Positions 58,299 to 64,000 of a stretch of 64,000 nucleotides of DNA are shown piece after piece; position 1 is the first letter of the stretch; every line of letters starts with the position of its first letter. This DNA comes from Anaeromyxobacter sp. (lineage in GTDB: Bacteria; Myxococcota; Myxococcia; Myxococcales; Anaeromyxobacteraceae), in NCBI GenBank assembly GCA_049840735.1, contig JASGJN010000025.1, forward strand, positions 64,001-128,000, read 5' to 3'. The notes under the pieces are model-generated. The model did no database searches. It was given only the letters and a program-made list of their open reading frames with translations, and had not been told where the DNA came from. Both the position numbers and the translations under genes were made by a program.

Positions 58299-58357
58299 GC
58301 CGGCCAGTGTGCGGTGGGCCGCCCCGCGCCGCTAACCGGGGTCCGTGCAGCGGTTAC

Positions 58358-58746
58358 GATGTGGATGTCGCGGCCGCGCACGCCCGGTTCGCTGGGACGG
58401 ACCGTGCCGAGGCGGCGCGGCGCGGGGCCCGCGCGCTCTCGCCGAGCCGCAGCCGTCTCAACATCTCGCGAACGTCGAGCACGTCGCATCTCCTCTCTGC
58501 CATCCACACCCTCCGGGCAAAAGGCCCGGAGTGGCACGCGCCCTCGGCGGCCACAAGGCGCACGTCGGCCCCTCCGCGCGCCTCCCGGCGGCGGCCGTGT
58601 CGTCGTGCTGTGGGGAGCTGCGGGGTGGATCAGTTACCCCGCTCCTGGGTGGATCAGTATGGGTGATCACGGGTGGATCACCATGCCCGCCCCTGGGTGG
58701 ATCAGCTTGGTCGCTCCTGGTGGATCACCTACCGCGCCCACCGACA
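58358..58746 (-). mobile_element. Left end of an IS21-family element with istA 5' fragment (58358-58503)
   Basis: Ends in TGT on the minus strand at 58746. Five GGTGGATCA repeats at 58624, 58648, 58672, 58696 and 58719. MAERRCDVLDVREMLRRLRLGES HTH start, cut by IS66. Confidence 0.8.
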
Positions 58747-58899
58747 GGCGGCGTCCAGGAGACGTGGAGGGCGCTTGGATAGGCACCAAGAACGACAACC
58801 GCTTCACGGTGCCCAGGAGGCGCGAGCGTGTCGGTGCTGGCGCGACAGGCGAGAGTACGAGGAACACTGCCAGCGACACTGGCGGCGTTCGCGGTCACG

Positions 58900-60520
58900 T
58901 CACCGACCCTCCTCGTCCTTCCCCACGAGGAACGGCCCGCGGCGCTCCTCCTCGAGTTCGGCTCGCTTGGCTTCGGCCTCGGCTCGCGTAGCGAAGCTAC
59001 CCACCCACACCCGGTACCAACGACCCTTGCCCGGGACGTCCGCTGCTACCACGCGCCCGTCCAAGCCATGGGCCGTCATCTGGGCCTCCTCCTCATTCTG
59101 ATAGGCGCCGACCTGAACGTGGAACGAGGGGCCCTGCGAGACGTGCTCCGGGGACGGTGGTGCGACCGCCGATGGGACGGTAGGTGAGGGTGGAGGGTCC
59201 TGGGGTGCAACGGGCGCAGGCTCTGGACTCGGATCTGCTTGAGCTGTCGGAGGCGTCGCCGAAGACGCCGCCGGCTCGGCCAAGGGCGGTGGGGCAGCGG
59301 GTGGAGGAGTCCAGTCCGGTCCAATCGGATCCTCGACCTTGAACGTCGGATCCGGCTTGAGGTCCATCTTGATGATGATCGGGCTTCGCCGTGGGAGAAG
59401 TTGGACCAGTCCCGTGTCGAGGACGAACTGCTCGACAGTCACCCCACCGGGGATGAAGAAGGGTAACCCGACCTCGATGTCCTTGCCGGGCGGGATGTCC
59501 GTCGACCACAGGTCCGAGGACTCAATCTTGCCACCTGACGCGGGCACGATGACGGCGTTCCTGGACCAAAAGTGGAAGTCATCAGCCCAGGAAGGGTTCC
59601 TGATGTTCACTCTGAGGACAAGTTCGGTCCCATCGTCCCGTGGCTTCGCCGTGTACTCGACAATCCTGATGATCATTCCCGGCCCTGCGAAAGTGCCGGG
59701 CAGGTTCGGCCGAAGGCCGATGGATTCCGCGCTCTGCTTGATGGTCCGGAAGACGGTTTCCTTGCTTCCCAGCGTCTCGGCGTGCTCCTCCCACCTCACC
59801 ATGCTGTCGAAGTCGCCGCGCAGGTACGCGGCTTTTGCCATGTGTAGCGACAACGAGCGTGAGGCAAGAACCCTGGCGCGGTGCCTCGTGTAGAGAGCCT
59901 TCAGCTGGTCGGTGTCGTCACTGCGCGCGAACCCCACCGCGGTCTCGCCAAGAACGATCTCCGGAGGCCGCTCGCCGAAGAGTTCGATGGCTTTCAGGCG
60001 GCGGTCGTTGGCCTCGGCAGGATCGCCGGCCTGCTCCTCGGCCTCAGCAAGCCCGTAAAGTACCCAGGCGTTCTTGTCGAACCTCTTGGCCGCCTCATCT
60101 AGTTCCTCCAGCTTCTTCTCGCCGTCAGGCAGTGCGCGGAGGGCGAGATACTCGAGGTCCCCGTCATCTGGGTGGGCAGCGGACAGCTCGCGATAGATGT
60201 CGCCGACTCGAGTGCGGTCGTTCCTCACGCGAGCGTCCTGCCAGTCCCGGTGCCACTCAACATCCTTGTGCACCGAGACCCAGAACTTCGTCTCGGGCAC
60301 ACGTGCGTAGACGAGCCACCCCAGTCCACCGAGAGCTGCCGCAACGAGCACCACCGCCGCAGCCAGTACGAGCTTCTTCCGCTGCTCGGGTGAGAGCGAC
60401 GGCAGCCGCTTCCGGTGAGGAAGGTCCAGGCGCTCGCCGCAGTGCTTGCACTTGATCGCCACGGCGAGGATCTTCCTCACCGCACATCGGGCACTTCTTC
60501 AACGCCTCGTGCGCTTCCAT
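58900..60520 (-). CDS. Zinc-ribbon / TM / TPR-like / SPOR-domain protein (frameshift near 60475)
   Basis: KKCPMCGEE + ILAVAIKCKHCGE, one TM helix, and C-terminal FHVQVGAY...GRWYRVWVGSFATRAEA. Codon usage is less GC-skewed than the host. Confidence 0.8.
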
Positions 60521-60602
60521 TCGTGTCCCTCCCCGCGGAGCGGTGTGGGCATGGCACGCGGCGCCCGGGTTGGCGCTGGCGGAGCTGCTCCACGAGAACC
60601 GC

Positions 60603-61573
60603 TCACGGCAGGTCCAGCGTGCACCCGCCTTCACCATACGTGTGCAGCTCGCCCGTGCCCGGGTAGCGCCAGCTGGTGCCGCCCGCGTCCACCAGCTCGA
60701 CGTGGTAGCTGCGGCAGCCCGAGGCGCGCGCGGAATCGACGGCGCGCGTCCCCTGCGCCGCGCTGCCAAGCGCCACCGACATGGCCTGGGCCGCGCCGTC
60801 CAGCACCAGCGTCACCGACTGCGGCGCGGCGGCGGCGGAGACGTTGGCCAGGAAGCGGATGGTGCTGCCGGTCCGGAGCAGGTGGCTGGCGTCGAGGAGC
60901 GGCGAGGTCTCGGCGGAGGCGCCGCCGCCGAAGTCCTGGGTCCAGTACTGGCCGTAGGGGCTGCCCGAGACCTGGGCCCAGCCCACGCCCAGCTCGCGGT
61001 AGCCGCCGGCCATGAGGTTGCGGCGGTGGCCGTCGCAGCTGGCGCCGTCGGCGCAGCAGCTGCCGCCGCTGGCGTCGCAGATCCAGCCCAGCATCACCGC
61101 CTCGGGGTCGCCGTAGCCGGCCGCGATGTTCTCGCCGATGGTGCCGTTGCTGTACGTGGCGTGGATGCGGGTGGCCCAGCCGGTCCCGTCGCAGGAGTCG
61201 TGGGAGAAGCAGGGCGTGCTGGCCATGTCCTGCGAGTGCGCCTCGGCCGAGGTGCCCAGGCCGGCGTTCAGCGCAGCGGCGTCATACCGTCCGCGTAGCC
61301 GTCCATCATGCCCGTGCCCAGGCTCCCGCCCGACCAGCGGGCCTTCCAGTGCGCGGGCGACATCCGCACCGCGTCGGTGAGCGCCAGCACCGAGCGCTCG
61401 GGCCAGGCCGGCACGGTGGCCGGATCCCGCCGCCGGTGCCACCCCCGCCACCCCACCGCCCCGCCACCTCCGCCACCGGCGCCGCCAGCGGTGGCCAGGT
61501 CGGAGGTGGCCGGGCCGCAGGCGGCGACGAGGAGGACCGTCAGGAGCGGGGCGAGGCGGCGAGCGGAGATCAC
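60603..61573 (-). CDS. CAP (SCP/PR-1)-domain lipoprotein (frameshift near 61290)
   Basis: Lipobox VAAC, AEAHSQDM, FSHDS, GENIAAG, GHRRNLM, LGVG and YWTQDFG. Confidence 0.82.
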
Positions 61574-61737
61574 TCGCCGATGAGAGCGCACCAGCGGGCG
61601 CCGGCGCAACTCACTTCGGCGGCGTGGTGGCGGAGGAGGGTGGGCGCAGGTGCTCCCGCGGGGGCCAGCGCGGCCAGCAGCCGCTTCCCCTCGACCACAC
61701 GCGGATTGTCCGCCTCACCGACAGGCCTTCCGGCGTT

Positions 61738-63195
61738 TCATGCTCGTTCCTGAGTCCAGAATTCTCCGACGGTGTGGATGACGATGTTGTTCATCGTGCC
61801 GGGCGTGGACATGGAGAGCCCGGAGACGATCACGATCCGTTCGCCGGCCCCCGCCATTTTGCGTGTTTGGACGAATTGGTCCACACAGTGCGATCAATTT
61901 GGTGGCGCTGGTAGGCGCGGGCATCTCCTGCGGAATGACACCGTAATGGAGGGTCATTCGGCGGAGGGCCGAGGGGGTCGCTGGACAAGGGCGAGGATCG
62001 GCACGGTCATGCGGTTCTTGGAGAAGAGCCGCGCGGTCGCCCGGTCTGGCACCAGACGACGACGAGCTTGAGTTTCATGTCGTTGACGACCTGCCATACG
62101 CCGCGGGCCATGGCGGCGGACAGTTGCAGGGTCTTGAGCTTGAAGTTGGGCTCGGCTCGGGGGGATGGTGTCGAGGTAGTTCTCGGTGATCTCGGCGATG
62201 TCGGGTAATCATCGCGACGGTGGTTCGGGAATTTGCCGACGGAGGTCTCGCCGGAGAGCATGACGGCGTCGGTGCCGTCGAAGATGGCGTTGGCGACGTC
62301 GGAGGCTTCGGCGCGGGTGGGCGGAGGAGATCTCGATCATGCTCTGAGCATCTGGGTGGCGACGATGACCGGTTGCCGGCGGCCTGGCAGCGGCGGACCG
62401 GTTCCCTTCTGGATGATCGGGTCTTGGGCGACATCCATCTCGACGCCCAAATCGCCGCGGGCGACCATGAGCCCATCGGCCGCGTCGATGATCGGGTCGA
62501 TCATGCGGACCGCCTCGGGCATTTCGATCTTGGCGATGAGGTGGATGTCGGAAACCTTGTTGATGAAATGCTGGCGGAGGAGGGAGAGGTCTTCGGCGGA
62601 GCGGACGAACGAGAGCGCCACGTAATCGAGGTCGGTTTTCGATCGCCCAGTCGACGTCGCGCCAGTCTTTGTCGGTGATCGCGGGAGTGTTGAGGGCGGA
62701 ATCGGGGAGGTTGATCCCCTTTGAGGACTTGAGCATGCCGCCGTCGGTGCACTTGAGGATCAGCTGGTTGTAGTTCTTGTCGATGCAGAGGAAACGGAGG
62801 AGGCCGTCTTCGATCAGCACGCGGTTGCCGATCTGGACGTCGTCGATGATCTGGGGAAAGATGGAGGAGACAACGCCGTTTTCACCTTCGATCCTCGCGA
62901 CACTGCATGATGAGCTGGTCGCCCAGCGTGATCGGCATGCCGCCGGCCCCGTCGAGGTCTTTGATTTTGCCGAGGCGGATCTTGGGGCCGCACAGGTCGC
63001 CGAGGATGGCAACCGGCTGGTCGTGTTTGGCGGCGGCCTCGCGGATTTGCGGGTGAGCATGGCGAGATGCTCGTCCAAGGAGCCGTGGGAGAAGTTGAGA
63101 CGACAAACATCGACCCCCTCGCGGAAAAGGGCCACGAGCGTCTCGACCGTGGCGACAGCCGGGCCGATCGTGGCGACGATTTTGGTACGGATCAT
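61738..63195 (-). CDS. pyk: Pyruvate kinase (many indels; different composition from the rest of the window)
   Basis: [57 protein letters not shown] and MLSGETS. C-terminal [14 protein letters not shown] at 61740-61738. Confidence 0.9.
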
Positions 63196-63438
63196 GAATT
63201 AAAGGTCACTTAAGCGACAAACCATCCGTGATGGAGCATGTGCACAGACGTCGGTTCAACAGATTGTGATAGCGGATGGGGGGATTGGAAGCAAGCGATG
63301 TGAACGCGTTGACGGCGGTTGGACGCCGGGACGTCTGTGGCAATGGCGAAAGGGCCCACAACGCCAGGGCGGCAGGCAATCGAGGCGGGCTGGGCATTTG
63401 TTTTGAAATTCATTCTGGTTTGTCGTACTTTAAGGGCA

Positions 63439-64000
63439 ATGCGCACGCAGTACGACGCCGACGACGTAGAACGAGTGATTTCCGCCCTGGTGGAGAAGAT
63501 CGCCCGTGCCTTCAAACCGGATCAGCCGCTGGGGATCATCGGCGTGCTGACGCACGGCGAGGTGCTGGCCGAGAGGTTGAGTTCGATGCTGCAGAGCAGG
63601 GGGTTTGGCCAGATTCAGGCGTGCTGGAATCGTAGTTGTTGTACGGGACAATCTTCGGGAGATCAGCGAGGCGATCGTTCGGCCGACGGATGTCGGGTTT
63701 GACCTTGAAGGGGTGCCGATCCTGCTGGTGGACGACGTGCTGTTCACCGGGCGATCGATCCGGGCGGCATGGCGCTGGGGGATTTTGGCCGGCCGGCCGC
63801 GATTCGACTGCTGGTGCTGGTCGATCGAGGCGGGCGCGAGTTGCCGATCCAGGCGGATTACGCCGGGTTGGCGTTGACGGACATATCGGCGGATTACCGG
63901 GTGAACGTCAGGTTGAAGGAAGTCGACGGCGTCGACGAAATCGTCGTTGAACCGCGTCGATCATTTCGATTGAGCTGTCCAGAAACCAGGCAAACCAAAG
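63439..64000 (+). CDS. pyrR: PyrR bifunctional pyr regulator / uracil phosphoribosyltransferase (indels; 3' end uncertain)
   Basis: IIGVLTHGEVLAERL, ILLVDDVLFTGRSIRAA, LVDRGGRELPIQADY and VNVRLKEVDGVD. Confidence 0.85.

Larger units (their letters stand above)
55746..58357 (-). mobile_element. IS66-family insertion sequence (tnpA-tnpB-tnpC, heavily frameshifted)
   Basis: Terminal inverted repeats GTAAGCGCTGCACGAACCCCG / GTAACCGCTGCACGGACCCCG (19/21). The flanks TCAAGTGG and GATGTGGA do not form an 8-bp duplication. Confidence 0.92.

Noticed and set aside
58624..58727. Mini-CRISPR or plasmid iterons (GGTGGATCA x5, about 24-bp period)
   Set aside because: Position next to a TGT terminus and upstream of an istA-like start fits the multiple terminal repeats of IS21-family ends.

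Overview
Most of this window (about 1-61700) is very GC-rich chromosome. Gene content and style point to an Anaeromyxobacter-like myxobacterium (inference). It holds housekeeping and accessory genes: ExbB/ExbD, an MshEN protein, two PAS hybrid kinases, apaG, a sirtuin, two POT transporters, Lhr helicase, an ACAD/APH/phosphatase cluster, a complete phoBR-porin-pstSCAB-phoU locus with visible Pho boxes, a sulfonate/nitrate-type ABC transporter, and an ECF/anti-sigma/DUF6249 module. Many genes carry single-base frameshifts that look like long-read errors. Highlights not visible in the ORF track: (1) a probable exported thioredoxin-TPR selenoprotein with an in-frame UGA in a W-U-P-S-C motif (25443-26756); (2) a family of covarying palindromic REP-like elements that show polar tandem amplification, with one copy apparently translated in frame inside lhr; (3) a small ORF bracketed by 30-bp direct repeats like a cassette; (4) a DUF6036/AbiEii-like nucleotidyltransferase plus wHTH pair; (5) a decayed integrative element whose att site (tRNA-Gly 3' end) lies within the integrase frame, cut by IS66 and IS21; (6) two candidate structured intergenic RNAs. 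After about 61700 the composition changes abruptly to pyk/pyrR of another style, most likely a chimeric contig end.
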